A stretch of DNA of 64,000 nt. It comes from Candidatus Shapirobacteria bacterium (GTDB lineage Bacteria; Patescibacteriota; Microgenomatia; UBA12405). Of the stretch, positions 37,034 to 46,369 are shown piece after piece (within the stretch, counting starts at the first letter, position 1; each line of letters begins with the position of its first letter). The position numbers and the translations under genes are program-made. The stretch is from the NCBI GenBank assembly GCA_041658125.1, contig JBBAAS010000001.1:15917-79916 (forward strand), given 5' to 3'. Below the pieces are notes generated by a model that saw only the letters and a program-made list of their open reading frames with translations, searched no databases and was not told where the DNA came from.

Positions 37034-37834
37034 TTAAATGTTGTCGGCGAAGATTTTTTCGCGGGATTTAAAATAGGCAAGACCGACTAAAAGGGTGGCA
37101 AAAGAAAGTAGAAGGGCAATCAGAAGGCTACTATATTTAGGCTCCCCTCCCCCGAGGATAACTTGACGGTAGGCGTTGACAATAACGGCGATGGGATTTA
37201 GCTGAAATAATATACGAAAACGGTCGGGGACAATGTCAGCGGGATAGATAATGGGCGTAAGATACATCCAGAGCGTCAGGATTAGCCCCAGGAGATATTG
37301 AATGTCGCGGTAGAGGAGATTGGCGGCGGCGAAGAACAGAGAAAGGCCGAGAGTAAAAATTTGTTGAATAAAAAAGATGGGAATAACCCAAAGAATATTA
37401 AGGGTAATGGGGATTTGATAAATGATCAGATAGACAATGAGGATAGAGGTGGCAAAGAAAAAATCGATTATTTTGGCGATAATAGTGGAGATTACCAAAA
37501 TGGTGCGGGGAAAATAAATTTTGGTAATAAGAGACGACGAGCCAACAAGCGAATTGCAGGCGGAACCAAGCGAATTGCTAAAAAGAGTCCAAGGCAAAAG
37601 AGCGGTGAAAAGAAAAATGGAATATGGAATATTGGAAGCAGAATTGGTGGGGATACGGAGAATCAGGGAAAAGGCAAAACTCATAACTAACATTTGGGCA
37701 AGTGGACTAAGAATAACCCAAAAATAGCCTAAAATTGATTGTTTGTAGCGGGCCTTGATCTCACGACTGGTCATTTGCCAAAGGAGTTCCCGATGGGCAA
37801 TGATGGCTTTGATTTCTGAAATAAGCAGGAGCAT
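37034..37834 (-). CDS. wzm: ABC-2 type polysaccharide export permease, Wzm/TagG-like
   Basis: 266 aa, 6 TM. N-terminal AHRELLWQMTSREIKARYKQSILGYFWVILSP, typical of Wzm. Confidence 0.8.
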   Translation of the reverse strand: MLLLISEIKAIIAHRELLWQMTSREIKARYKQSILGYFWVILSPLAQMLVMSFAFSLILRIPTNSASNIPYSIFLFTALLPWTLFSNSLGSACNSLVGSSSLITKIYFPRTILVISTIIAKIIDFFFATSILIVYLIIYQIPITLNILWVIPIFFIQQIFTLGLSLFFAAANLLYRDIQYLLGLILTLWMYLTPIIYPADIVPDRFRILFQLNPIAVIVNAYRQVILGGGEPKYSSLLIALLLSFATLLVGLAYFKSREKIFADNI

Positions 37835-37867
37835 AAGTGATTATATACTGATTATCTTTTTGCTAAA

Positions 37868-39583
37868 ATGATGAATATGTCACAGAAGAAAAACAAACGA
37901 TTAAGAAATCAGGTAATTGAAGTAACAAGCCAATTGAGTAAAGTTACTTTTGGCGTCAGAGATATTTTAAAAGGAAATTGGAAGTTTTTGGTTTTAGTTT
38001 GTTTGGGGATAATAGCGGTTTATTTGAATTCTTTGAAAGGTGATTTTGTATCAGATGATTATGCTTCGATTACTCAAAATCCAAATATCTACGACACAAT
38101 GCATTACTTGAAGTCAATGAGTCTTCCGGGGATGGTGACTCATATTATTGCTAAGTTATTTGGAATTGGAAGTTCTTTGCCTTATCACGCGGCTAGCTTA
38201 GTTTTGTATTTGGCAATTTGTGTTTTAGCTTTTATTTTTATGGTAACAGTGGCAGGAAAACAAATTGCCAGGATTAGCGCCGTACTGTTTGCCTTTCATC
38301 CGATACACGTAGAAGCGGTTTCTTGGATATCCGGCAGACCATATTTATTGACAACCTTTTTGGTGTTAATATGCTTAATTTCGATGATTCTGTATATGGG
38401 TGGACGAAAGAGAAAGAAATATTTGTATGTAGTTTTTATTAGTATGGTTTTAAACTTTATTAATGATCCGTTCAGGGGTTTTGCTTTGTATCTCTTGGTA
38501 ATGTTAATATTTTTCAGCTTCGGGGATAAGTTTTTTCCAGGAATTAAATTAGGGAGATTTTTTTTATATTTTATGGTTGTTTTGATAGTGACGTTTGCGA
38601 TAGTGTGGCCACTCGCCAAAACCAGGATTTCAGTGGTTAATGGGGGATATAACGCAAGTGAAAGTGTTTTTTATCAGCCGTGGTTTCAATATCCGACAGC
38701 GATAACAAAATATTTGCAGTTGTTATTTATTCCGGTAGATTTGACCCTGTATCACACTTTATTTATTTTGCCCTTGTGGCTTAATTGGGCGGTGATTATT
38801 TTGTATTTGGGATCATTAGTTTATTTTTGGTTTAAAAATAAACTGGTCTTTTTTGCTTTGGCTTTTGTCTTTGTAGCTTCTTCACCCTCGATGTTACCGG
38901 TTAAAGTAAGCTGGTTAGTAGCGGAAAGATATGTGTTTTTTGGATCGGTAGGATTTTGCTTATTGTTAGGAATAGTAATAAACAATATTTTTGTGAAAAA
39001 TAAGTGGGTGGGGATATCGATTTTAGGATTGGTGGCTGGGATATATTTTTTTAGAACATATTTTAGAAACGTGGATTGGCAAACTAATCACAAGTTATGG
39101 GTGAGTACCTGTCAGGTGTCTCCTAATAGTCACAATGCCTGGAATAATATCGGAGATGATTATGACAAATTGGGACAATATGATAATGCCATAAAAGGGT
39201 TTACACAGTCAACGGTAGTAAAGCCAAATTATGCTGATGCTTATCATAATCGGGCAAATATATTTTTTAAAACAGGAAGATTGGACTTGGCTAGAGATAG
39301 TTATAATACGGCTTTGGGTTATTCTTCGGGGTTGTTTCAGACTTATATGAGCTTGATACAGATAGACTTAATGGAAAAAAGGGCTGATTTGGCGATACAG
39401 GATAGTCAAAAGTTATTGAATTTGCAACCGAATAATCCGCAAGCGTGGTATGTGACCGGAGTGGTTTTTGCCAATGTGGGAGATAGGGAAAATGCTAAAA
39501 TGGCGTTTAAAAATGCTTTGACAATTATGCCTGGGTTTACTCAAGCACAACAAGCGTTAATACAACTGTTGGGAGGAAGTTAA
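37868..39583 (+). CDS. GT-C-like membrane protein with C-terminal TPR repeats (TMTC/PMT_2-like)
   Basis: 571 aa. ~10 TM. First loop LKGDFVSDDYASITQNPNI (DD-Y acidic motif seen in TMTC/PMT-type GT-C proteins). C-terminal ~150 aa with 3-4 TPR motifs (AWNNIGDDYDKLGQYDNAIKGF ... ADAYHNRANIFFKTGRLDLARDSY ...). Confidence 0.6.
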   Translation: MMNMSQKKNKRLRNQVIEVTSQLSKVTFGVRDILKGNWKFLVLVCLGIIAVYLNSLKGDFVSDDYASITQNPNIYDTMHYLKSMSLPGMVTHIIAKLFGIGSSLPYHAASLVLYLAICVLAFIFMVTVAGKQIARISAVLFAFHPIHVEAVSWISGRPYLLTTFLVLICLISMILYMGGRKRKKYLYVVFISMVLNFINDPFRGFALYLLVMLIFFSFGDKFFPGIKLGRFFLYFMVVLIVTFAIVWPLAKTRISVVNGGYNASESVFYQPWFQYPTAITKYLQLLFIPVDLTLYHTLFILPLWLNWAVIILYLGSLVYFWFKNKLVFFALAFVFVASSPSMLPVKVSWLVAERYVFFGSVGFCLLLGIVINNIFVKNKWVGISILGLVAGIYFFRTYFRNVDWQTNHKLWVSTCQVSPNSHNAWNNIGDDYDKLGQYDNAIKGFTQSTVVKPNYADAYHNRANIFFKTGRLDLARDSYNTALGYSSGLFQTYMSLIQIDLMEKRADLAIQDSQKLLNLQPNNPQAWYVTGVVFANVGDRENAKMAFKNALTIMPGFTQAQQALIQLLGGS

Positions 39584-40326
39584 TGAAATTTAATTATGAG
39601 AATAAGCAATATTTGGAAATGTTGAGAAATATTGACTATAAATTTTATTCAAAATATATAACCTATGTTAAAAAATACTTGAAGAATAAAAAAGGAAATT
39701 TTTTGGATATTGGTTGTGGAAATGGAAACGCTTTGGTTCCTTTAGCAAAAAATGGTTACAAAAATACGTATGGAGTTGAGATATCAAGGTTACTCTCTAT
39801 TTCGGCCCAAAAAAGAGGCTTGAAAAATATTTTTTTGTATGATGGAAAAAGATTGCCTTTTGACAACAATTGTTTTGATGTGGTTGGATCTTTTGGGGTG
39901 CTGGAACATGCTGAAAACCCGACAGAATTTCTTAAAGAACATGTAAGAACTGTAAAAAGAGGAGGCTATATAGTGGTAACATGCCCAAATTTTTTAACGG
40001 TATTTTTTAGATTAGAACATCCACGGGCGGATAAATTGTTTAAAAGGCTTAGAAATATTCCAAAAATTGTAAAGAAACTATTTAGCAACGAAATTTCTTT
40101 TGAAAAGGTCAATCCAATAATTAGGAAAAAATTTCAAGCTGATGATGATGTGATAACAATATCGAACTTAATAGACGTGGAAAGATTTTTTGAAAGAAAC
40201 AATTGTAGAATTATTAATTCAAATGGATTTATGTTTCGAAATAACAAGTTTTTGAGGGTGATTGGATCAATACCGTTTTTAAGATATTTTTGGCCTTCGT
40301 GTTTTTTAGTAGCTCAAAAAAGATAA
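39583..40326 (+). CDS. Class I SAM-dependent methyltransferase
   Basis: 247 aa. Motif I NFLDIGCGNGNALVPLAKNG, motif II FDVVGSFGVLEH. Confidence 0.75.
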   Translation: MKFNYENKQYLEMLRNIDYKFYSKYITYVKKYLKNKKGNFLDIGCGNGNALVPLAKNGYKNTYGVEISRLLSISAQKRGLKNIFLYDGKRLPFDNNCFDVVGSFGVLEHAENPTEFLKEHVRTVKRGGYIVVTCPNFLTVFFRLEHPRADKLFKRLRNIPKIVKKLFSNEISFEKVNPIIRKKFQADDDVITISNLIDVERFFERNNCRIINSNGFMFRNNKFLRVIGSIPFLRYFWPSCFLVAQKR

Positions 40327-40333
40327 AAGCGGG

Positions 40334-41497
40334 TTATATATTCGAATAGTACTGAATAAGATTTTTAATCAGATAGTTCATCGATAGCTTTTTCTTGGCC
40401 AAAATTACTTTTTTAGTGAGAAGCGCTTGTTGTTTGGGATTATAAAGCATTTTAACGGTTTTTTGAGCTAACTTTTTTAAATCTTTATCGATAATGGCGC
40501 AGTGGTAAGGCTTGACGATATTTGAGCCTTCTGAATCGTTATCGTTAACGATGACAATTTTTTCGGCATTGAGGTAGGCGCTAATTCTCATGGGGCAGCC
40601 GGCTTTTTCGGGGCGTCCATCGCCGGAAAGAAAGATACAGGCGTCAACGGCGGAGAAATAGACAGAGAGTTGTTGGTCGTTTTGATAACCCTGGGGACTG
40701 ATGTCAATAATATTTTTAAAGATGACGGGATCAATTTCACCATTTAAATGTTCGTTTTCATAAATCTTTTTGGGGTTGAAGTTGGAAATTAATTTAATAG
40801 ACTTATCGATTTGATAGATATACTCAAAAGTCTTAAGAAAATTGTAAGTACGGCTATGACCAGCAAAAGTTGTACCAATGGCGAAAAGGTATTTGGTATT
40901 TGGCTCAAGGCCAAGTTGTTGACGACAACCTGTTTTGTCTAATTGATCGTAGTGATTAACACTGATGCCATTAATTATTTTAATAACATTGGTAGCACCA
41001 CGTTTTTCAGCCAAATCTGCAAGAAGTGTGCTACAAACACAGTAATTTTTGAGGTATTTTGGGAAAAAGTGTTCGCAAAAATGAATGTAGGCGGTGACGA
41101 GAGGGTGAACGATAAACGCTTCTTCGCAGAGGTCATCCCAATCCATAACAACTTTTTTGCCAAATAGTTTTAAAAATAAAGCCGGAATATTGGATTCAAA
41201 TTGAGAAGGCATGGCGGTGTGAATAATATCGTATGGCTTGGTTAGTCCGAAGATTAAGGCAATAATACCTCTCAAAATTCGACCATTAATGTAAAAGTTT
41301 AGACTGATTCGCGGGAGTTCATAAAGCGTAAAGTATTGATTGATTTTCTTTTTGCTGATCCAAGGAAAAAACTTTTTATCGGAAGTCACCAATAAGTCGA
41401 TGTTAACCCGGTGTGCTGACAGGGCCGTACAGATATTCATGGCCCGATGGTAACCGCCAAAGTGAATAAAACAGGGTTCGACAAAAAGGACTTTCAT
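40334..41497 (-). CDS. Putative GT-B-fold glycosyltransferase-like protein
   Basis: 387 aa. N-terminal MKVLFVEPCFIHFGGYHRAMN with a Rossmann-like layout. Weaker C-terminal similarity to GT1/GT4. The family call is tentative. Confidence 0.4.
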   Translation of the reverse strand: MKVLFVEPCFIHFGGYHRAMNICTALSAHRVNIDLLVTSDKKFFPWISKKKINQYFTLYELPRISLNFYINGRILRGIIALIFGLTKPYDIIHTAMPSQFESNIPALFLKLFGKKVVMDWDDLCEEAFIVHPLVTAYIHFCEHFFPKYLKNYCVCSTLLADLAEKRGATNVIKIINGISVNHYDQLDKTGCRQQLGLEPNTKYLFAIGTTFAGHSRTYNFLKTFEYIYQIDKSIKLISNFNPKKIYENEHLNGEIDPVIFKNIIDISPQGYQNDQQLSVYFSAVDACIFLSGDGRPEKAGCPMRISAYLNAEKIVIVNDNDSEGSNIVKPYHCAIIDKDLKKLAQKTVKMLYNPKQQALLTKKVILAKKKLSMNYLIKNLIQYYSNI

Positions 41498-43060
41498 TTA
41501 TTTAATAATTTGATATTTTTTAGCGGCCTGGAGACGATGAGTTTTTAGCTCGCCGAATTTTAACTGGGAAAAAAACATGGTGAGCAAGTTTTTGGTAATT
41601 CTAAGTAAGTAAAAGAAATCTTCGCGGTTGTGAATTTTTCTGATAATGGCCAAGGGATGAGTTAGCGGCCAAAGTAATCGGTTAATCATTAATTTTTTAT
41701 CGGCGATATTTCTTAGAGAATGAAGTTCTGCGGCAGAGAAATATTTGTTGCCGGCACCAACATATCCGGAAAAAAGCTCGCCAATGTGGTTTTTAGAAAG
41801 TTGAGAGGGGTGAATGATATTTTCCTGAAGCATGATTTTAGTAACGTCAGTTTGAGGAAAGGGGATAAGAAGAATAAAGACAACAAAATCAGAATAAGAC
41901 TGAATGGCATATTTAAAAGTGGTCTTAATTTGATTTTTAGTTTCATAAGGAAAGCCGATGATGTAGGTGGAAAAAATCCAAAGACCAATATCTGAAGCAG
42001 TTTTGATAATCTCTTTGACTTTTTTAAGGTCGAGGTTTTTACGGATAAATTTTTGTGTTTCAGGGTGACCACTTTCAATACCAAAAGTGAGGCGATAACA
42101 ACCACTTTTTTTCATTTTTTCTAAAAGTGGCCGATCCAAGGTCCAAATAGCGATGCCATTAGGCGTGGTCCACTTGATATCGATTTTCTTAGCAATAAGA
42201 AGATCGCAAATTTTTTCCAGACGTTCCCTGCTAACTGAAATATTATCGTCCAAAAAATGAATTTCCCGAACGCCATAACGATCGATTACGGATTGAATTT
42301 CTTCAACGATCCTTTCGGCACTATAAGGTCGCCAAATTCGTCCCCAGATGCCGGGAACGGCACAATAAATACAATTACCCGGACAACCCCGACTGGTGAT
42401 GATTTCAGTTGATGGTGTTCGATAAGCATAGGATGAGGCATCGCGAGAAGTATTGAGGTAAATGTCCATCGGAAGTAGATGACGAGCCGGAGGAGGTAGT
42501 TGATTTAAGTCGGAAATATGGGGTCGGTTAGGATTAAGAATGAAATTTCCTTTTGAATCACGAGTGGCAGTGCCGGCAATATTAAAAACATTTTGGTGTT
42601 CAGATAGCTTTTGAGCAATTTCGAGCATGGTTTCTTCCCCTTCTCCGATAACAACAAGATCGACAGATTTTTGGGAAAGGACGACCTTGGGAAGAATGGA
42701 AGCATGGGAACCGCCAAGAATAGTTAGGATTTTTGGGTTGACCTTTTTAGCCAGCTTAGTGATTTCGTAAGCATCGGTAGCAAAGGCGGTGAACATTGAG
42801 GAAACACCAATTATGTCCGGTTGATAATACTTAATTTTTTGAACAATTTGGTTAGGAGTAAGGCCAACACGGATAGCGTGATGGGCTTTGATAATAGTGT
42901 TAAGACCTTCGGCGAGGACATCGATAATGGCGACAGAATAACCATGAACTTCAAGATAGGCGGCAACACTGGCTAGACCCAATGGGGGAACGCATCCGGG
43001 GGTAGTAGTGTCCCTTTGGCGAATGGTCATGGCAGGGCAAAAGAAAAGAATTTTTAACAT
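41498..43060 (-). CDS. Cobalamin-binding (class B) radical SAM enzyme
   Basis: 520 aa. B12-binding-like N-domain (GYSVAIIDVL ... IIGVSSMF ... TILGGSHAS), cluster motif SRGCPGNCIYCAV. Confidence 0.8.
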   Translation of the reverse strand: MLKILFFCPAMTIRQRDTTTPGCVPPLGLASVAAYLEVHGYSVAIIDVLAEGLNTIIKAHHAIRVGLTPNQIVQKIKYYQPDIIGVSSMFTAFATDAYEITKLAKKVNPKILTILGGSHASILPKVVLSQKSVDLVVIGEGEETMLEIAQKLSEHQNVFNIAGTATRDSKGNFILNPNRPHISDLNQLPPPARHLLPMDIYLNTSRDASSYAYRTPSTEIITSRGCPGNCIYCAVPGIWGRIWRPYSAERIVEEIQSVIDRYGVREIHFLDDNISVSRERLEKICDLLIAKKIDIKWTTPNGIAIWTLDRPLLEKMKKSGCYRLTFGIESGHPETQKFIRKNLDLKKVKEIIKTASDIGLWIFSTYIIGFPYETKNQIKTTFKYAIQSYSDFVVFILLIPFPQTDVTKIMLQENIIHPSQLSKNHIGELFSGYVGAGNKYFSAAELHSLRNIADKKLMINRLLWPLTHPLAIIRKIHNREDFFYLLRITKNLLTMFFSQLKFGELKTHRLQAAKKYQIIK

Positions 43061-43061
43061 T

Positions 43062-44522
43062 TTATTGCCTTGATTTGGCGGTTAATTTTTGGAAAATTTT
43101 AACAAGTAACTGACTACGGCTAATAAGAGAATGACTAATATCGGAAATTGGTTTAATTCTGGTGATAAGATAGAAAAAATATCCAAGATTACGGCCAAAC
43201 CTAAATTGAAAAAGTTTTTTTTCATAGAGGTTAAAGCCGATCTTCATAATATCATGTCGCTGAGTTTTGGTGAATTTGGTAGTTTCAAAAATAGGAGTGT
43301 TGTCCCGATAGGAAATGTTTTGAAGATAAGTTTTAGAAGGAACTAAAAACTTGGCATTTTTAATGGCCCAATCATAGACCGAGGTGCCTGGATAAGGAAC
43401 TAAATTGTAGAAATTAACGAAATTAGTGGGAAGGCTTTGAGCAAAGATTAAAGTTTCTTTGGCATCGGCATAAGATTCGTCCTGGTGGCCGATAATAAAA
43501 TTGACGGCATTTTTGATGCCGGCCGTGTTGGTCCAATCAATAGTTTTGCGGACCTGATCAAGTCGAATATTTTTACCGATAGTATCGATAACTTTTTGGC
43601 TGCCGGATTCGCAGCCGTAAGCGATAAAAAAACAACCGGCCTGTTTGAGTTTAAAAAGAAGTTCTCGGTCAACCCGGTCGACCCGAATACCATTGTAGAG
43701 CTGAAATTTAATTTTGAGATGGTGGTTGATGATCAGATCACAGATATCTTTGGCTCGTTTTAGATCAAGGGTGAAGCAGTCATCGTTGATATCAAAAGTG
43801 TGATAACCCTTTTTGTGCCAATATTTTATTTCTTTAAAAACATTGTCGGCGCTACGGGGTCGAAAACATTGTCCCATCGATAGACGGACGGAACAGTAAT
43901 TGCAGCCATAGGGACAACCGCGGGAAGTGATAATGGGAATAGTGTTTTCCCTAAAACAACCGTATCGTGAAAGGTCAAAAACATCAAAATCGGGAAACGG
44001 AAGCTGATCCAGATCAATAAGATATTTGTTTTTAGGATTGAGAACGATCTGGTTTTTATTTTTCCAGATTAGACCGGGGACTTGAGAATAATCAGGTTTT
44101 TTTTGGATAAATTCTTTTAAGAATTTAAAAAAGGTGTCTTCGGCTTCACCAATAATGGCAAAATTTACCCCGGTGGATTGAATGATTTGTTCACGAACAG
44201 CAGAAACATGGGGTCCTCCAGCAATAATAGGGATGGAAGTGTACTTTTGAATATTTTTGACTAGTTTATCCATAAAAACCGAGGCATAGCTAAAACCGGT
44301 TACCCCAATAATATCCGGCTTAAAATTGTCGATAAGGTAATAAAGCTTTTGGTGATTGGTTTCAACGCCTTCGTCAAATACTCTTACCTGATACCCCTTA
44401 GATACGAGAAACGATGAAAGATAGGCAATACCGACGTGAGGATAGAGAGGAGGAGCAACATTGTTGCCGTACATTGATTTAACCTTGGGAATAGCAAAGA
44501 GTATTTTTTGGCTATTTTTCAT
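43062..44522 (-). CDS. Cobalamin-binding (class B) radical SAM enzyme
   Basis: 486 aa. GYQVRVFDEG ... IIGVTGFS ... IIAGGPHVS, cluster motif SRGCPYGCNYCSV. Tandem with 41498..43060 (1-bp gap). Confidence 0.8.
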   Translation of the reverse strand: MKNSQKILFAIPKVKSMYGNNVAPPLYPHVGIAYLSSFLVSKGYQVRVFDEGVETNHQKLYYLIDNFKPDIIGVTGFSYASVFMDKLVKNIQKYTSIPIIAGGPHVSAVREQIIQSTGVNFAIIGEAEDTFFKFLKEFIQKKPDYSQVPGLIWKNKNQIVLNPKNKYLIDLDQLPFPDFDVFDLSRYGCFRENTIPIITSRGCPYGCNYCSVRLSMGQCFRPRSADNVFKEIKYWHKKGYHTFDINDDCFTLDLKRAKDICDLIINHHLKIKFQLYNGIRVDRVDRELLFKLKQAGCFFIAYGCESGSQKVIDTIGKNIRLDQVRKTIDWTNTAGIKNAVNFIIGHQDESYADAKETLIFAQSLPTNFVNFYNLVPYPGTSVYDWAIKNAKFLVPSKTYLQNISYRDNTPIFETTKFTKTQRHDIMKIGFNLYEKKLFQFRFGRNLGYFFYLITRIKPISDISHSLISRSQLLVKIFQKLTAKSRQ

Positions 44523-45537
44523 TAAAAGATGGTTTTAGAAATATAGACTTTCTAATTTTAGCAATTAGATTTTCATGAACAAAAATATATGGGAATATTT
44601 CCTTGTCAGAACAAACTCTTTGTTGTTGGATGTGTTTTCTTTTAAGCTTAGTTGATTTGAGTGACGACAGGTTCCAGAGTATTCCTTTTATAATTAGAAA
44701 AGACTCGTTAAATTTACCAGTGATAAAAAGATAAAGAGAAAAGAAGAAATAAATAGTAATTTGTCTTGGTAAGATCTTCAAGAGATTGGTTGTTTCCAGG
44801 TTTTTTATTAAGGAGAGGATGTAATTTTTAGTACCATGAAATCGAAGATTGTAAGTGGCAAAGTTTTTATTTAACAGTTTAAAACTACCGGAAAACCCAT
44901 GATAAACAATTGATTTTGGACAAAAAAAGGTTTGATAGCCTGAAAGCCAGGCTCGCCAGCAAAGATCAGTTTCTTCCATATAAATAAAATAGTCCGGATC
45001 AAAACCGCCGATTTGATCAAATACCTTTTTGCGGATAAACATGCCGGCTGATTTGGCGGCAAAGATGGGAACTTCTTTGTCGTGTTGGCCGTGATCGAAA
45101 TCGCCGTAGGTGGCCCGATGAGAGAGGAGACCGAATTGATTTAGATAGTCTCCGGCATAATCGAAATACCGGGGATGATTGATGAGAAGCAGTTTAGACT
45201 GAAGACAGCCGATTTTTGGATTTTTAGTAAAAAGGGAGTTGGCGGCAATTAACCAATTTTTATCAACCTTAGTATCGTTGTCAAGAAAAGCTAAATAGCG
45301 ACCGGAAGCTATTTTAGCGCCTTGATTGCGGGCATAAGAAGGACCGAAGTTATCGGTGAGGGTAATAATTTTTATCTGAGGATATTTTTTTTGAATAATT
45401 GATGAAGTATTGTCAGTGGAAGCATTATCAACGACGATAATTTCGTAGTTCCGGGTTTTAATTTTTAAGATTGACTGAAGACAGGCTTCAAGTACTTTCC
45501 GACCGTTATAGTTGACGATGATGATTGATACCTCCAT
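44512..45537 (-). CDS. Glycosyltransferase family 2 (GT-A)
   Basis: 341 aa. VSIIIVNYNGRKVLEACLQSI ... EIIVVDNASTDNT. Confidence 0.85.
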   Translation of the reverse strand: MEVSIIIVNYNGRKVLEACLQSILKIKTRNYEIIVVDNASTDNTSSIIQKKYPQIKIITLTDNFGPSYARNQGAKIASGRYLAFLDNDTKVDKNWLIAANSLFTKNPKIGCLQSKLLLINHPRYFDYAGDYLNQFGLLSHRATYGDFDHGQHDKEVPIFAAKSAGMFIRKKVFDQIGGFDPDYFIYMEETDLCWRAWLSGYQTFFCPKSIVYHGFSGSFKLLNKNFATYNLRFHGTKNYILSLIKNLETTNLLKILPRQITIYFFFSLYLFITGKFNESFLIIKGILWNLSSLKSTKLKRKHIQQQRVCSDKEIFPYIFVHENLIAKIRKSIFLKPSFNEK

Positions 45538-45539
45538 GG

Positions 45540-46328
45540 TTATTTTTTTGTTAAGATAAGGTGGTAACGAGTGGCAAATCTTTCGTCTTTGTCAATGGTA
45601 TCAATTAATAAACCGCTTATATTAGTTATAAAAAAGATAATAGGACAAGTAACTAGTAATAAGATTTTAACGGGAACAGCTCCTTCAGTAATTTTCCTAA
45701 TTATATATTGGTTAATGATTGTTGCCAGTGACGTACCAAAAAATGATTTGACAACAATAGAGTTAACTCGAAAGTTGTTTTTATTTGCTAATTTTGTTAA
45801 ACATGATTTGGTATATCTGAAGTAATCATAACCGGTATCACCACCATGATCACGATAGATAAACGGTACGGAAATAAGGCATACGCCTCCTTTTTTTAGA
45901 ACACGTCCGGCCTCACTAAAAAATTTATTAGGGTCACTGATATGCTCCAGAACTTCAAAGGCACAGTACGTATCAAAAGTTTTATCTTTGTAAGGAAGAT
46001 TAAGAGCATTACAAACCCTGTCGACACTGTTTGTAGTTTTCGACTTTCCGTAAAGGTAGCTGGTGATTAATCCCAAGGCGCCTGATTTTTTATTATGATG
46101 TTCAAAGATCGTCTTCCAGGAAGAATAATCGGTTGAAATATATGAATGAATATTCTTTCCATATTGTTTTAACACCCGTTCTTTGGTTGAACCATTACCA
46201 CAACCGGTTTCGATTACTTTTCCTTTAAACTTTTTATATAATATTTCATTGGCGAAATCAGCATTTCTAAATTCTAACCAGTGAGGATAAAACGGTGTCC
46301 CTGTTAGTAAAAATCTGATTATATTCAT
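45540..46328 (-). CDS. Class I SAM-dependent methyltransferase
   Basis: 262 aa. Motif I KVIETGCGNGSTKERV, later FDTYCAFEVLEHI. Confidence 0.7.
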   Translation of the reverse strand: MNIIRFLLTGTPFYPHWLEFRNADFANEILYKKFKGKVIETGCGNGSTKERVLKQYGKNIHSYISTDYSSWKTIFEHHNKKSGALGLITSYLYGKSKTTNSVDRVCNALNLPYKDKTFDTYCAFEVLEHISDPNKFFSEAGRVLKKGGVCLISVPFIYRDHGGDTGYDYFRYTKSCLTKLANKNNFRVNSIVVKSFFGTSLATIINQYIIRKITEGAVPVKILLLVTCPIIFFITNISGLLIDTIDKDERFATRYHLILTKK

Positions 46329-46369
46329 AAATATGCTTTGGGTAAGTTAAAGAGTGTTAATAACAGAAG

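Noticed and set aside
37298-37727. Gly/Lys/Arg/Asn-rich ORFs 37298..37690(+) and 37521..37727(+)
   Set aside because: These are antisense to the well-supported Wzm permease gene. The composition is a mirror-frame artefact of a hydrophobic gene. They have no independent start context.
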